From Hypanus sabinus (lineage: Eukaryota), in contig NC_082721.1 in NCBI RefSeq assembly GCF_030144855.1, positions 44,144,001 to 44,208,000 on the forward strand: DNA of 64,000 bases, in the 5' to 3' direction. Shown here in pieces: positions 22,330 through 36,700 of the stretch (positions are counted from its first letter, which is position 1; each line of letters starts with the position of its first letter). The notes beneath the pieces are model-generated. The model had not been told where the DNA came from. It saw nothing but the letters and a program-made list of their open reading frames with translations, and did no database searches. Both the position numbers and the translations under genes were made by a program.

Positions 22330-25195
22330 TGGTAGGACATCCATGTCAAACAGGTCAAAGAGTAGCATCTAAACTAACAGTGGTCTACCTGTCCTCCAGT
22401 TTCAGGGGTTCTGCTCAGCGCCTACAACACAGACTGGACAAAAAAATTGTTACGGAAATAACGATGAAGAATCCTTCTTTATCTCTGTGTGACAGTATTC
22501 CTGAGACTCTACCTGTGACTTCCATGTCTAGAAGTAGTGAAATGTGGGAGGATGCCACTGGCATGATGAAGGAAACTCCAAACACCACAAAGACCAACAT
22601 TGCTTTTTGGAATGCACAAAGCATGTACAATACTGGCAAACTGGAACAAATATCTGCAGAAATGCACTGTTACAGTCTACATATACTGGGTGTCAGATGG
22701 ACAGAGTATTGTAGCAGAAACTGGTCAAACAGTTTTATGCAACAATAGTGGCAGCAACTGGTGAAACAGTTTTATGCTCAGGAAGGGAAGATGTTCAGCA
22801 TCATGTTGGTTTAGTGGTCATTTTGAAGAAAGGCATTGGGAAGTGCTTGCAGGAGTGACAACAAATCAACAGTAGGCTGATTAGAGTCAGGCTGAAAGGA
22901 AAGCATGTGAATGTAACTGTGATCTAATGTTATGCTCCAACTAACGATAGTGACATTGAAGAAAAGGATGTTTTCTGAAAACAGCCACAATTAGAGATAG
23001 AGTTATCATCACGGGGGATCTAAAAGACAAAGTCAGAAACATACCTCACACTTCACTTGGGCCGTGGGTACTTATGGATATGGAACAATGAATAACAAAG
23101 GTGAAAGACTGGTGGAACGCTGTACCATAAACAATCTGGTCATAGGAAGGACCTTCTTTCCACACCATGAAATCCACAAACTGACATGGTGTTCATCTAG
23201 TAGACATGACAAGAACCAGATTGACCATCTGATAATCAATGTTATGTGGAGATGATCCTTGCAGGATCTAAAGGTGAAGAGAGGAGTACATACAGGAAGT
23301 GATTGCCACTTTGTCATAGCAGTGATGAAAGTCATATTGAGAATCATTGCGACAAGAACTCATATACAAAGATATTATGGTGATAAATGTGAGATCTGCC
23401 TTCACCATTCAGGTTATGAACAAATTCCAGGCCTTGCAAGACCTTAACAAGGATGTGTCAATAGATAACATCGAAACAATATGGAACTGGATTGCCCCAG
23501 TCTTCAAGGAGTGCAGCGAGTCTTTTCTAGGATACAGAGCTTGAAAGAAGAACAAAGATACAATTGTAAACATGGACAGCCTGACAAGAAAAATGGAAAA
23601 TAAAGCAGTAAATGTCAGATTTCAAGAAATACTGATTGAGCTGAAACTTCAACTGGCACACACGGAATCTAATAAGAAAGTTAAGAGTCTTGTAAGAAAG
23701 AATAAGAGATTCCACGTGGAAGACCCTGCAGAGGAAGCCAAAGCAGCAGCTAATCGACGCGATCAAGGAAATAAATACAAGGTTTAAAAATTGGTAGGTT
23801 CCAGTCAGATCCACAGATCCCAGGAGAGATAAGAAGAGCCTACTTTTCACAACTGAGAAAGAGCAAGAAGCACGATGGGCAGAGAATATCAGAGAATTAC
23901 TGCATAGATCACCTCTAAATGAGGAACCTGACACAAAAGATGCAGCAGTGGACCTCGACATCAACACAGATCCACACAAGAAAGAAGAGATTGTTGCTGC
24001 AATTAAATCAATAAGGAAGAGCAAAGTTCCCGGACATCACTATTTGAAATCTGAACTGTTCAAACAGAACCAAAAGTTGCAACAGCCATCCTACAACCAT
24101 TCTTTGCCACAATCTGGACCTGGGGACAAGTGCACAAGAAATGGACAAAAGGAATATTATTAAAATCCCCTAGGAAAGGAACGATAAATACTTGCAACAA
24201 CTGGCATTGCACCACACTTTTGTTAGTGCCCAGCAAGATGCTCACCAAAAGCATTGTCCAATGGATTACACATGCTGTTGACATGTGTCTGAGGAAGGAG
24301 CAAGCTGGCTTCAGGAAGAACAGAGGCAGTGTCCACCAGGTCTTCACGCTATGTATCATCATAGAAGAGTGGCAGAAACAAATGTATGTGAATTTCATGA
24401 CTTTGAAAAGGCTTTTGATAGCATCTGCAGGTAGAGACTCTGCCTAATATTCAGAACATACAGTTTCCCTTCTAAAGTTATCCAGTTTATCATTTCTATG
24501 CTAATTTCACCAACACATTTTGGGATTGCAATTGAGCTTTTAATGCAAGACAGACAAGCTTGTGTGATGTTAGAGATATTGTTTAACATGGTGATCAACT
24601 GGGTTATGAGGCAAACAATGAAAGATAATCAGAGAGGCATCAGGTGGTCCCTATTCTCTACTTTAGAAACTTGGTTTTGTGGATAACCTCACATTACTAT
24701 CACATACACACCAGAAATTGCAAGAGAAAACTCAGACCCCTGTGTACCTTCGGTGGACAGGTTGGACTTAGAGTCAGCCAGAGAAAGACTGAGACCATGT
24801 CATCCAATGTTGAGTCTCTTCCTCATATCAAGGAATCTGGTCTCTGCATGATCTTCCATATTTTCTGGCCGAGAAAGATCTGCAACCACACCCTATTCCT
24901 TCAGTGTCATCAGGAGGGCATGGCCACTATCTTCATGAGGAAACTGGAGATGAATTGGACATGTGATGAGACTAGAGGTCAACTCCATCATCAAGACAGA
25001 ACTTCATTGGACCCCTGAAGGGTGGAGGAATCAAGAGACTATAGACAACATGATGCTGCACCATAGAGGCAGAAATGAGGACCCTGAATCACACGTGGGA
25101 CACAATAGAGAAGATGGTCAAGCATACACAGAGACTGAAGACCCTCATTGCTACCCTAAGCTCCAGCAACATAACAGGCAGTACGTAAGGAAGTA
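22330..25195 (+). mobile_element. RTE-clade LINE, near full length and decayed
   Basis: APE motifs IAFWNAQSMYNTGKL, C.APTNDSD and NQIDHLII. RT motifs LRKEQAGFRKNR and LFNMVINWVMR. Confidence 0.85.
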
Positions 25196-25910
25196 AGTTA
25201 ATGAAATCAGTCTTCATTTGCAAGGAAATGACGTGAGTCTTATCAAAGTGAAATCAGTCATCTTCACATTTCTAAATTAATCTAATTTAAGTGCAACATT
25301 GACCATCATGACATTTTCCAATTTCCAAGCCTCTCTGTGTGGAAGAGAAAGAAAAAATGCCAGATGATGAAATTCAAGTAAACTGTGCCCACCTGGGTGA
25401 GCTACATGAAGACGTATAACAGAGATTTCAGTATATTCTCCCCATCCCATTTCCCAATTAGTTTATTGCACGGTCCTGAACACTAGCAATTAACAGGAAG
25501 GATAAAGGGAGAATTGATCTCACTATAAAATTTTGAACTGAAGCTGAGGTTCATAGCAAAACTTTTGGCTGAAGAAAGAAATCACTGAATGCGAACCTGC
25601 ACTGTTGAAAAAGGTCAAGATGTTCTTTATTACCTTTACAACATCATATCAAGTGACGTGCAGTTACAGTGCAGTCACCCAATGTCTTTCAAAGCAATGA
25701 AATAGACCGCAAGTTACAGAACATGGGGTTCTGAGTCAGCTTCTGAATGACATTGAGCCTGATGTTGAGAAACTGATAATCACTGCTTTGCCCATCCATC
25801 CCACTGAAAGGTGAAAAAGCTCTGAAGTACTGAATAGTTGCACTGTTAGTGTCTCTCTGAACTTATTGATGAAAATTGTTTTTACTCTAATTACTGAAAA
25901 TAAAAAGGTA

Positions 25911-26720
25911 CAGTGGGTTCCAGTTAATTGGGATGCATCAGGAATAGTATGTAGTGGCCCAATTAAACGGATACCCCAATTTGTGGATGTTTCATGGAAA
26001 TAGATAAAAATGCTTAAAAATTCAAATATCATTTATCTGTATAACAGATAATGTATTGAAATGAAATGCAGAACAAATCTGAAGACAACCAAATTACTTT
26101 AGCTGTATTAAACTGTTTATTATTTTCTAATAGTTATTGATGGAGGAACTAATCCAGTGTATGCTGCCATGTTCTTTTCATTGACTATAAATGAGCAATA
26201 TCAGCACAGACACCTAATACAGATAACGGACTGCCTTCATACAATGCTTTAATGATTGCATCCTCCAAATTTTCATTTTAATTGTAACATTCAAGATATC
26301 TGTTGATACATTCACATTCTTTGTAGGTCCTAACTTGTTGAAGTAGTTACATTGTTTCTTTGTCAGTCCTGGCTGTATTTGCCACCTCAAAGCTAATTAA
26401 GCAAAACAGTAATGGACTGTATTCCTGCTTACTGCTCACCAGCTATCACTGACAAAAATCACTACATTTTGAACATAAACACAAGCGAGTGAAGCTACTT
26501 AAAAACTGTTCACTCTCAGCACAATTTAGTGCTTAATGCCCACAAGACTGATGCTAGTTAAACATGGTTCAAACCAGTGTCCTGTCCCAATTAAGTCAAA
26601 AGTGTCTCCACTAAACAAAGGGTATCTCGCCTATTTTTTTAATTTGGTTTACGTTCTTAAAAAGTAATCCCAAATAAGGAGCTGCCCTAATTAACTGATG
26701 AGCTAATTAACTGGAATCCA
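25911..26720. mobile_element. pogo/Tigger-like non-autonomous DNA transposon
   Basis: TA-CAGTGGGTTCCAGTTAATTGGG on the left and CTAATTAACTGGAATCCA on the right form inverted termini. Confidence 0.6.
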
Positions 26721-28189
26721 TATAGCTTTAAATAGTTTTTTTTTTAACGTGGATAAGGGGGATTGAAGTCTTAACCAACAGAGTTGTACATATTTATTAG
26801 TATGATAGATGGATGGATACTAAGAATATTTTTCCAACTAAATGAGTGCCAACAATGAGAGGACATTAGAATCAGGTAAGAGGTATGATACTGAGAGAGA
26901 ATCTGGATAAGGATTTGATTCACTCAGAGAGTAAAAGTTCACACAGCAATCTTGCATCGGCTGATAAATGGCAAATAATATTCACATCACGGAACTGCTG
27001 GACTGGGATCGTGTCCAATAAATGTGTGTATGACATCGTACCCTCGGCATTTATTGCCATCAACATCTCTGAGCCAACTACACCCTATGTATTGGGGATC
27101 ACCATTGATTATCAATTCAAAAGGATCAGCTATATGAATATTGCTGTTATAATGCAGATCCAGGACTCATTCACCTGCTTTAACAAAGCCTTTTCACCAT
27201 TTCTGGGGTTAAAGAGAAGAGCAGGATGAAATATCTTGTTCAGGGCGTTGAATTAACAAACATCTGTGGCAACAACAGGAAATGAGATGTTATTTTAAGG
27301 AGAGGGATGGCCCAGAACTGAGACAAGACATTTACACCTGTTTTTCTACTCAAATATCAGTTTCTGTTCCAGACGATGGTATTTTAAGACACTTGGCTGT
27401 TAAAGGGACAATATCCCTGTTGCTTTCCTTCTGTGGCAGTCAGAAGAACAATTGCCTCACAGATTGTTCCATATCAGTTTGCTGAATCACTTCACAGATT
27501 TATAGACTGAAATCTGGGGAAAGAAACTTTGATTGATGCTGATTGTTTCAATGGGTATCAATGAATACATCCCCATTACATTGTCTACATATATTTGTTT
27601 TCCATTGACATCAAAGATGATGTGTTGCTTTAAAGTTTTGCAGAAATTTGGGAAAGTCTGAGCTTAAACTGAATGAATCAAACAAATGAAAAGTGTGGGA
27701 AGGGAGGGGTAGAGAGAGAAAGAGATAAATAGGGGAGTACAGAAAGAGGGAATGAGAGATGGATGCTTACTGGTCTGCTGAGATCATCAATCATTTTGTG
27801 TGTGTTGCTTTGATTTCCAGCATTTGCAGATTTTCTCTTGTTTCTAACTGGACTTCTAATGGGTTATTCAGTTTTAGAAAGTTACTTGTTCACAACAAAA
27901 AGGATAAAGGATTGATAGGTTATAAGTGAATGGAATTCAATGCAACATGTAATATTGACCAAACGATGTTCTTCAATGCTTGTGTAAGCCATTCAGAGTT
28001 TGTATTCCAATGGATAGTTCAAAACAGAATGAATTAAAAACTGCAATTTTCAATGAGTATTCATTAAATTAAATTTTGAATGTTAAAGTTATTTATTTTG
28101 ATTTGCTGCCATTAAATCAGTTTTTGTGTCTGCATTTCTGCACTTGCTGTATATTAGGAGGAACTCTGCAAGTTGTTCAGATAATTGTA

Positions 28190-30190
28190 GAGAGGATTTA
28201 TGAGCATTGAAAACAGCATTTGGAAAATAATATTCTGATTGTGGATAGTCTGCATGGCTTTGTGAGAATCAAGTCAAGTCTCATGAGTTGCATGAATTGT
28301 TTGAGGATGTGACAAAGCACATTGTTGAAGATAGAATAATGGATGTGGTAGAGATGGACTTCAGTAAAAATATATCTAGGGACTTTTGTAAAGTGTTTGT
28401 TACGGTTCTCCATGGTAGGCTCATTAAGAAGTCAGGAGGTATAGGGTCCAAGGAAACCTAGCAATGTGCACATAGAATTGACTTCCCATATTGCAGAAGG
28501 TTGTTTTAGAAGGAAAGTTTTCTGCCTGAATGTACGTGACACTTGTGTTTCCACAGGCATCTGCTCGGGGTTCTTGCCCCTTGTGCTTGTTATAAATGAC
28601 TTGTATCAGGAAGTGAAAGGGAAGGCTGGTAAGGTTGTTGATGATGAAAAGGGTAGAAAAGTTGTGGACAGTGTGAAGTATTGTCGTAGTTGGCAATAGG
28701 ACATTGACAGGATGCAGAACTGGGCTGAAAGTTGACAAATGGAGTTCAACCCAGAAGATGTCAGGATATTCACTTTGGAAGCTGAATTTAAAATGTTTGC
28801 AGGACATTGTAGGCCAAAATAGGACAATGAACTTAAAACACTGAAGCAGAATTAATCCTGCCTTGTCCACGTAACTGTTTATGCTCGAACCAATCAAGAA
28901 TCTGCCTACGTCTTTTTTAAATATCCAATGAGTGGTCTGTCACAGAGCACTGTTCTAATGAATCCATAGATTCATCAACATCTGGCAAAGCAAATTAATC
29001 TACATCTCTGCCCTCAATGGATGTCACTCTATTCTGAGTCTGTGCCATCTGGTCATTGATTTCTCCAATTTAGGAAACATTCTCTACACATCCACTCTTT
29101 CTAGTCCTTTGCATATTCGAATATTTCAATGAGAGCACCAATCCTTGTTTGAAACTCCACCAAGTACAGGCTTAGAGCCATCAAACACTCCTTAAATGTT
29201 AACTCTTTTATTCCTGGAATCATTTTCATTGTCAAAACTGCTTAAAAACAAACTTGAAAGTTGCTGAGAGGCTGCATGAGGTAGTGTCATAGCATATGAC
29301 ATACTTCCAAATAATTAAATTCCAACTCAGAAAAGTATGTTTAATCCTCTATGACAAACCAACAATAAAATTATTTGACACATCCTTAATTTTTGTAAAA
29401 CAAAGTTGAACAAGACAAGTGTAGTTATATCAAATTCAAAAATGACATGCAAGGTGAGCGTAACTGGAACAAATCAAAGAAAGACGAGTGGTCAAGAAAA
29501 AATATGCATTTCCAACTCACCCCCTCACTCTGCTGCCACACCGATGAACAGGTACCTCTGTTTATTTATTTCTACTGATATCCAAACCCACGTGACAAAG
29601 TACCTTAACCCAGAGTGAGGATGAGCAACACAAATACACTACAGACAATCGGTAAATAGATACATGACACCTACAACTATGAACATCCTCTGAACCCTCT
29701 CCAATCACAGCACATCTTTTCTTAGATAAGGGGCCCCAAACTGCTCATAATACTCCAAACACAATCTGACCAAAACCTTGTAAACCTCAGCATTGCATAT
29801 GTGCGTTTACATTCTATTCCTCGCAAAATGAATGCCAACCTCGCATTTACCTTACATACCACTGACTCAACCTGCAAGTTAACCTTTAGAGAATCCTGCA
29901 CGAGGACTCCCAACTCTCTTTGCACCTCTCAATTTTGAATAGTCTCCCCATTTACAAAATAGTCTACACCTTTACTCCTTCAACCAAAGTGCATGACCAT
30001 ACATTTCCCTACACAATCTGCCACTGCTTTGCCCATTTTCCTAATCCGTCTATGTTCATCTGTAGACTCCCTGCTTCTTTAACATGACCTGCCCTTCTAT
30101 TCCTCTTCTTATCATCCACAAATATGACCATACAATCGTCAATTGCACATCCAAATCATTGACATATAATGTGAAAGGAAGCAGTCCCAA
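28190..30190. mobile_element. Cluster of decayed CR1 fragments in both orientations
   Basis: RT-region remnants on plus (28190-28800) and 3'-region remnants on minus (28830-29230 and 29680-30190, QRELGVLVQDSLKVNLQVES). Confidence 0.7.
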
Positions 30191-30329
30191 CACCAAAGAG
30201 GGGAGAGGAGGACTAATGTAGTGATAGGGGATTCCTTTTTTACAGGATTAGACACAAGATTTTGTGCATGCGATAGCGGCACCCAGTTGGTTTCTTGCTC
30301 CCCCTTCTCAGGGACAGGCACATCTTAGG

Positions 30330-30914
30330 TAGGTGTGCGGTTTTGGTCTCCAAATTTGAGGAAGGATTTCTGTGCAGTTTTGGTCTCCAAATTTGAGGAA
30401 GGACGTTCTTGCAATTGAAGGAGTGCAGTGTAGGTTCACAAGGTTAATTCCCGGGATGGCGGGACTGTCATATGTTGAAAGATTGGAGAGACTGGGCTTG
30501 TATACACTGGAATGTAGAAGGATGAGAGGGGATCTGATTGAAACATGTAAGATTATTAATGGATTGGACATGCTAGAGGTAGGAGACATGTTCCCTTTGT
30601 TGGGGGAGTCCAGAACCAGAGGCCACAGTTTAAGAATAAAGGGTAGGCCATTTAGAACAGAGTTGAGGAAAATCTTTTTCACCCAGAAAGTTCTGCATCT
30701 GTGGAATGCTCTGCCTCAGAAGGCAGTGGAGGCCAATTCTCTGGATGCTTTCAAGAAAGAGCTAGAATGAGCTCTTAAAGATAGCGCAGTCAAGGGATAT
30801 GGGGAGAAGGCAGGAATGGGGTGCTGATTGTGGATGATTAGCCATGATCACAGTGAATGGCGGTGCTGGCTCGAAGGGCCAAATGGCCTACTCCTGCACT
30901 TATTGTCTATTGTT
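30330..30914 (+). mobile_element. Younger 5'-truncated CR1 inserted into the ORF1 of an older CR1
   Basis: Intact ORF 30372-30770 (FWSPNLRKDV..RRMRGDLIE..KKELE), a tandem duplication of the 5' end at about 30334-30410, and a tail TTATTGTCTATTG. Confidence 0.85.
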
Positions 30915-32349
30915 TATGGCGTTCTAAGGAGGGAAGGTGAGCAGCCATGAATCTTGGTACATATTGGCACCAATGACATAGGTAGGAAAAGTGAGAAGAT
31001 CCTGAAGAGAGAGTTTAGAGAACTCAGATGAAAGCTGAAACGTAGTACGTCTGAGGTAGAAATCTCTAGATTGCTGCCTGTGCCATGCATCCGTGAGGGT
31101 AAGAATAGGATGATTTGGCAGATGAATGCATGGCTGAGAAACTAGTGTGGGGTCGGGTTTCTGATTTCTAGGTGATTGGAATCTCTTCTGGGGAAGACAT
31201 GACCTTTACAAAAGAGATGGGTTACAACTGAACCTCAGCTGGACCAACATACTTCCTGACATGTTTGGTAAAGCTGTTGGTTTGTGACTAAGCCATTTTG
31301 AAAAGGGTATGGAAACAGAGTGATATTGACTGTTGTATAACAAGCAAAAACAGCGTGTAGTCAGACAGTCAGGAAGGAGAGGCAGATGATAGGGCACTGC
31401 AGTGAGTGGGATCAGTTGTAGTGTAAAAGAAGGGCAAAATCAAAAAGGGTGATGGATACTGGACTGAATGTGTTACTTTTGAATGCAGGCAGGATACAGA
31501 ATAAGGTAGAGGATCTTGTAGTGTTGTTATTAGAGACTGGCAGATATGATATTGTGGGCATCACTGAGTCACTCATTGTAAAGAAAGGACAGCCAGGTTG
31601 GCCGAGGGAGTGGCGTCAATATTTTGCAAAAAAATAAAATAAAATCCTTAGAAAGAAATGACATGGGTTCAGAGAATGAAAAATACTTGTGGGCAGAGTT
31701 AAGAAACTGCAAGGGTAAAAAGAACATGATGTGAGTTATATAGAGGCCTCCAAACATTAGCGGGATATGGGTGACAACTACAACATGAGAGAGGAAAGGC
31801 AAGTCTAAAGCCAACGTTGCGATAGTCAAGGAGGATTTCAATAAGCAGGTAATCAGGGTGGTACTCGAACTGGAAAGAAAGGTTGTGTAGAATGCCTACA
31901 AAACAGCTTTTGTTAAGCCCGCTAAGGGATCAGCTGTTCTACATTGGGTGGTGTGTAATGAACCGGTTTTGATTCGGGAGCATAAGTTAAAGGAAGCCTT
32001 AGAAGCAGTGATTATAACACAATTGAATTCAGTCTGCAATTTGACAGGCAGTAGCAGAAGTCAGGTGAATCAGTATTACAGTGCAGTAATGGCCTGAAAG
32101 AGGAGATGACTCAAGTTAGTTGGAAGGGGTCCCTACCAGGGATAATGGCAGAGCATCAATGACTGGAGTTTCTGGGAGCACTTAGGAAGGCACAGGGTAG
32201 ACACATCTCAAAGATACAAAGGCATTCTAAAGGCATAATGACACAACCCTGGCTGATAAGGAAAGACAAAGCCAAGATAAAAGCTAAAGTGAAGGTATAT
32301 CATAGAGCAAAAGGTAGTGGGAAAATAGAGGATTAGCAAACTTTAAATA

Positions 32350-32918
32350 AACAACAAAAAAGCTGGATGAACTCAGCAGCATCTGTTGAAAGAAGCAGTC
32401 AACGTTTCGGGTTGAGACCCTTCGTCAGGACTAAAGAAGGAGGGGCAGGGGCCCTATAAAGAAGGTGGGGGGAGGGTGGAAAACCAATCAGAGGAAAGAT
32501 CAAGGGGTGGGGGAGGGGAAGCAGGGAGGGGATAGGCAGGAGCGGTGAAGAAGTGGAAAGCACTATGGGTAGTAGAAGAAGGCAGAGTCATGAGAGGTGA
32601 TAGGCAGCTAGAAGAGGAGACAGAGTGAAGGTGGGATGGGGGAAGGGAGAGGGAGGGAAATACTGGATGTTGGTGAATTCGATGTTCACACCAAGTGGCT
32701 GGAGACTACCCAGACGGTATATGAGATGTTGTTCCTCCAACCGAAGTTTGGCCTCATCATGGCAGTAGAGGAGGCCATGTATAGACATATCCGAATGGGA
32801 ATGTGAAGGAGAGTTGAAGTGAGTGGCAACTGGGAGATCCTGTCTGTTGTAGGTGCTCGATGAAGCGGTTCCCCAATCTGCGTCAGGTCTCGACGATGTA
32901 GAGGAGGCCGCCCCGGGA
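32350..32918 (-). mobile_element. Penelope-like 3' fragment inserted in CR1
   Basis: DLPVATHFNSPSHSHSDMSIHGL..RLEEQHLIYRLGSLQPLGVNIEF followed by the terminal repeat. Confidence 0.85.
32396..32433 (-). ncRNA. Minimal hammerhead ribozyme motif (best-preserved copy)
   Basis: TAGTC-CTGACGA-AGGGTCTCAACCC-GAAA-C-GTT-GACTG has an intact core, a paired stem I and stem II, and a GUU triplet. Confidence 0.65.
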
Positions 32919-35191
32919 GCACCGGATACTCCACTCTTCAAGAAGGGAGGGAGGCAAAAGAAAGGAAATCACAGACCAGTTGGCTCTACCTCAGTGGTTC
33001 GGAAGGTGATTGATGTTGATATGTTAATGATGTAGATTCAGGTACTTGGAGTCACATGATAAAATAGGTTAAAGTCAGCATGGTTTCCTTTAAGGCAAAG
33101 TTTTGCCTCAGAAATCTGTTGGAATTCTTTAAGGAAATAAAAAGCAAGATGGACAAAGGAAAATTTGGGGATGCTGTGTGCTTGGATTTTCAGAAAGCCT
33201 TTGACAAGGTGCCACACATGAGGCTGCTTAACAAGATACGTGCCCATGGTATTTCAGAAAAGATATTAGCATTGATGGAGCACTGGCTGATTGGCAAGTG
33301 GCAAAACTTGGGGATAAAGGGAACCTCTTCTGATTGGCTGCCGGTGACTCATGGAATTCTGCAGGGGTCAGTGTTGGGACTGTTCCTTTTAACATTGTAT
33401 GTCAATGGCTTGGATGATGGAATTGATGGGTTTATGCCCAAGTTTGTGGACAATACAAAGATGGGTGCAGGGGGGCTGCAGAAGGAATTAAACAGATTAG
33501 GAAAATGGACCAAGAAATGGAAGATGGAGTATGGCATCAGGAATTGTATGGTCATGCACTTTGGTGGAAGGAATAAAAGCACAGACTATATTCTAAACAG
33601 GGAGAAAATTCAGAAATCCAAGGTGCAAACCAACTTGGGAGTAATCCTGCAGGATTCCATGATGGTTAATTTGCAGGTTGAGACAATGATGAGGAAGACA
33701 AATGCAATGTTAGAATTCATTTCAAGAGGACTAAAGTAAAAAGGCAAGGATGTCACACTGAGGCTTTATGAGGCATTGGTGAATTACTGTATTCACTTGA
33801 AGTATTGTAAGCAGATTTGTGCCGCTTATTTAAGAGAGCAGGGGCGACATTGGAGAGGATCCAGAGGAAGTTGATGGGATAGGTTCCATGAATGAAAGGC
33901 CTATCAGAAGAGGAGCATTTGATGGCTCTGAGCCTTTTCTTCTTGCTTAAATTTAGAGAATGAGGGGGTGGATTCATTGAAACTTATTGAATGTTGAAGG
34001 TCCTAGAAAGAGTGGATGTGTTGATGATGTTTCCTATGGTGACAGAGTCTAGAACCAGAGGGTTCTGCCTCAGAATAGAGAGATGCCCATTTAGAATGGA
34101 CCACAAGTGAAATTTCTTTTGCCAGAGGGTTTTAAATCTGAGGAATTTATTCACAGGTCACTGTGGAAGACTGGTCACTGGGTGTAATTTAGGCAGAGGT
34201 TCACAGGTGATTGAGTAGTTGGAGCAGGAAAGGTTATGAGGAGAAGGCAGGAGAATGTGCTTGAGAGGGAAATGGATCAGCCATGATGATGCTTCTATGT
34301 CTTATGGTCTTATGTTCTTATGGATATGCACGTTCACCTCTCTTTTAATATTTATATATCTGAAATAACAGTTTGTATCCACTTTCATATTATTGGCTAG
34401 CTTTCATTCATATTTTATCTTTCTGCTCCAACGTAAATACTTCCAGTTTAAGATGGTGCATCTGAAGGCAGGTGACAACTTAATGATGGTTCTCAAAGAA
34501 AGAATTGCAACTAAATAATTTATTAATAACAGTTTATCTGTAACAAATTGTGGTAAACAATCTCCGCAAACAGTAAAGAGGTGAGCAAAGCTGAAGATGA
34601 CTCAAGGGTCAAGGCATATTCAAGAGAAGTGGTCGGAGTCGAAGAGGGAGCTGGAGTGAGCGGAGTGGGGAAAAGTCCATGCAGTGGAGTTTCCAAGCCT
34701 GTCCAACTAAATTGAGTCTGAGGAGTAATCGATGGAAAGGTTGGGTACTGATTGGAATATTGCAGCAGGGTCCAGGCCCAGAGGGAGTTTTTGTGACAGG
34801 GCTTAGATCCTAGAGCAAGAAATACCCCGTTGTTTGGATGATTTCATCATCAAACTGGAGGCATGGGTCAGGTCTGTTGTGATTGCTGCTGTGCTCTTTG
34901 CTGCTCCAAGGCTGAGGGGATGGGCCTGTACAGCTGCTCCAGCCTTCATGTCTGCGGGCCCCACAACGTTCTGCTTTGGCAGGTGATGAACTGAGCCTGC
35001 GGCTGTGGGCTTTGTGTCCATGGACTCACTTTCCTTCTGAACGCTGTTTACTTGCTTTAAGTATTTGCACAATTTACTGCTATTTCACTCTCTCTGAATA
35101 TTGAGTGTTTGTTTCATTTTTTCACATGGCCCTTTTGGGTTTCTTCCTTTGTGGCTGCCTCGAAGGAGACACATCTCAATGTTGTATAATA

Positions 35192-35805
35192 CGTGGGTGA
35201 TTGATAGGTTCGTGGCCTAAGGTAGAAGGAGTGAATTTTAGAAAATCTTGCACATATATTTTTCAACATAGCCCCCTCCTACATTTACACACTTAGTCCA
35301 GCAGTCGTGGAGCATACGGATCTTAGACCTCCAGAAAGTGTCCACAGCATGGGTGATTCATATGTTCATGGCCTAAGATAGAAGGAGATGAGTTATACAG
35401 CACTCATTACATGCAAATGCAGGTCAACTCTTTGAGCAATTGTGCAGAAAATTTGAAGTTAATAACTCATCTCTTTCTACCTCAGGCCACAAACTTATCA
35501 ATCATCCCTGATGAGTCATTAACTGATGAGTTATTAACTTCAAGCTTTCTGCATAATCACTCAAAGAGTTGAACTGCATGTGCATGTAAAGAGAGCTGTA
35601 TAACTCATCTCCTTCTACCTTGGGCCACGAATGTATCAATCACCCCTGCTGTGGACACTTTCTGGAGGTCCCAGATCCGTATGCTCCACGACCGCTGGAC
35701 TAATTGTGTAACTATAGGAGGGGATTATGTTGAAAAATAAATGTTATACGTTTTCTAAAATTTACTCCTTCTACCTTAGGCCACAAAATTATCATTTACC
35801 CCTCG
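35192..35805. mobile_element. mariner-type palindromic MITE
   Basis: Flanked by TA at 35190-35191 and 35806-35807. The arms are ~300-bp imperfect inverted repeats built from GGGTGATTGATA..GTGGCCTAAGGTAGAAGGAG units. Confidence 0.8.
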
Positions 35806-36114
35806 TATATACATACTTCAATCATAAATGTGCTTAGAATTTTTTTATGTATTTACAATTACCTGCTATTCATTTTTAAAAGCTTCCAAATCTTTTAATT
35901 TCCCATTAACTTTTGCAATCTTATTTGCCCTCTCTTTTGCTTTTATGCCTGTACTGTGCTGTCATGTTCTATTCCCTATGTTCTATGTAAAAATATGTAC
36001 AATATTTGCAAGTCAGTCTGTCAATATCTTACTTTTATGGTATAAACTTAGTAATGAAGGTGATTCAGTATATGTTCAAAACAAATTTAAGTAGGTTTGC
36101 TGATTCTTTATAAT

Positions 36115-36700
36115 TAATTTCTGGGATCTGGGCGTTGCTGGTAGGCCCAGAATCAATTACTCATCCCTTGAGAGAGGGGTGGTGAACGGTGGTCTTGCAC
36201 TGCTGTTGTCCATCTGGGGAAGGTTCTCCCACAGAGATCTCAGGGAGGATGTTACTGAAATTAGGTGAAGGATCAGCAATACATTTTCAGGTCTAGATGG
36301 TTTGCCATTTGGAGGGGAGCCTGCAGGAGGTGGTGTTCCTCTAAATCTTCTACACTTGTCCCAAACATTTTTACAGAATGCCAAGGACCCCTACCATTAA
36401 CAGAGAGGTACATGGACTCCAGAGTTGGAACCCCTGCTTTAGTGGTCGAGGTGATGATTTGGGAGGTGCAGTCATAGGAGGTGAATAAATAACTGAAGTG
36501 CATTTTGAAGATATTCTACACTGCAGCCATAGTGAAGTGGTTGTGGAGGGAATAATAGAGGAATTATTCCAAGTGATAGTAATCAAGAGGGTTATTGTGT
36601 CAAGGATAACGTCAAACTCCTTGAGAGTTGTTGCAACTGAAGTGGAGAGTATTCGGGTTAGTGGAGAGAATTCTTATATAAGTATATTTTTACTAATTTG
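36115..36700 (-). mobile_element. 3' portion of an old LINE or LINE-related SINE
   Basis: Its terminus resembles the reverse complement of CACCACCTTCTCAAG..CAATT remnants also seen at about 43125-43200 and 62460-62540. Confidence 0.45.

Larger units (their letters stand above)
30195..34325 (+). mobile_element. CR1 LINE with ORF1 SGNH-esterase remnant and ORF2, carrying two nested insertions
   Basis: VVIGDS and LVHIGTNDIG (esterase), LLLNAGRIQNKVEDL (endonuclease), DAVCLDFQKAFDKVPH and PKFVDNTK (RT), and a tail TTCTATGTCTTATGGTCTTATG. Confidence 0.85.

Noticed and set aside
27282-27485. Putative host exon after a pyrimidine-rich AG acceptor
   Set aside because: No recognisable protein similarity, no matching donor and no partner exons.
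35411-35418. Octamer ATGCAAAT as a second Ig promoter
   Set aside because: It lies inside a MITE with no leader or V exon nearby.
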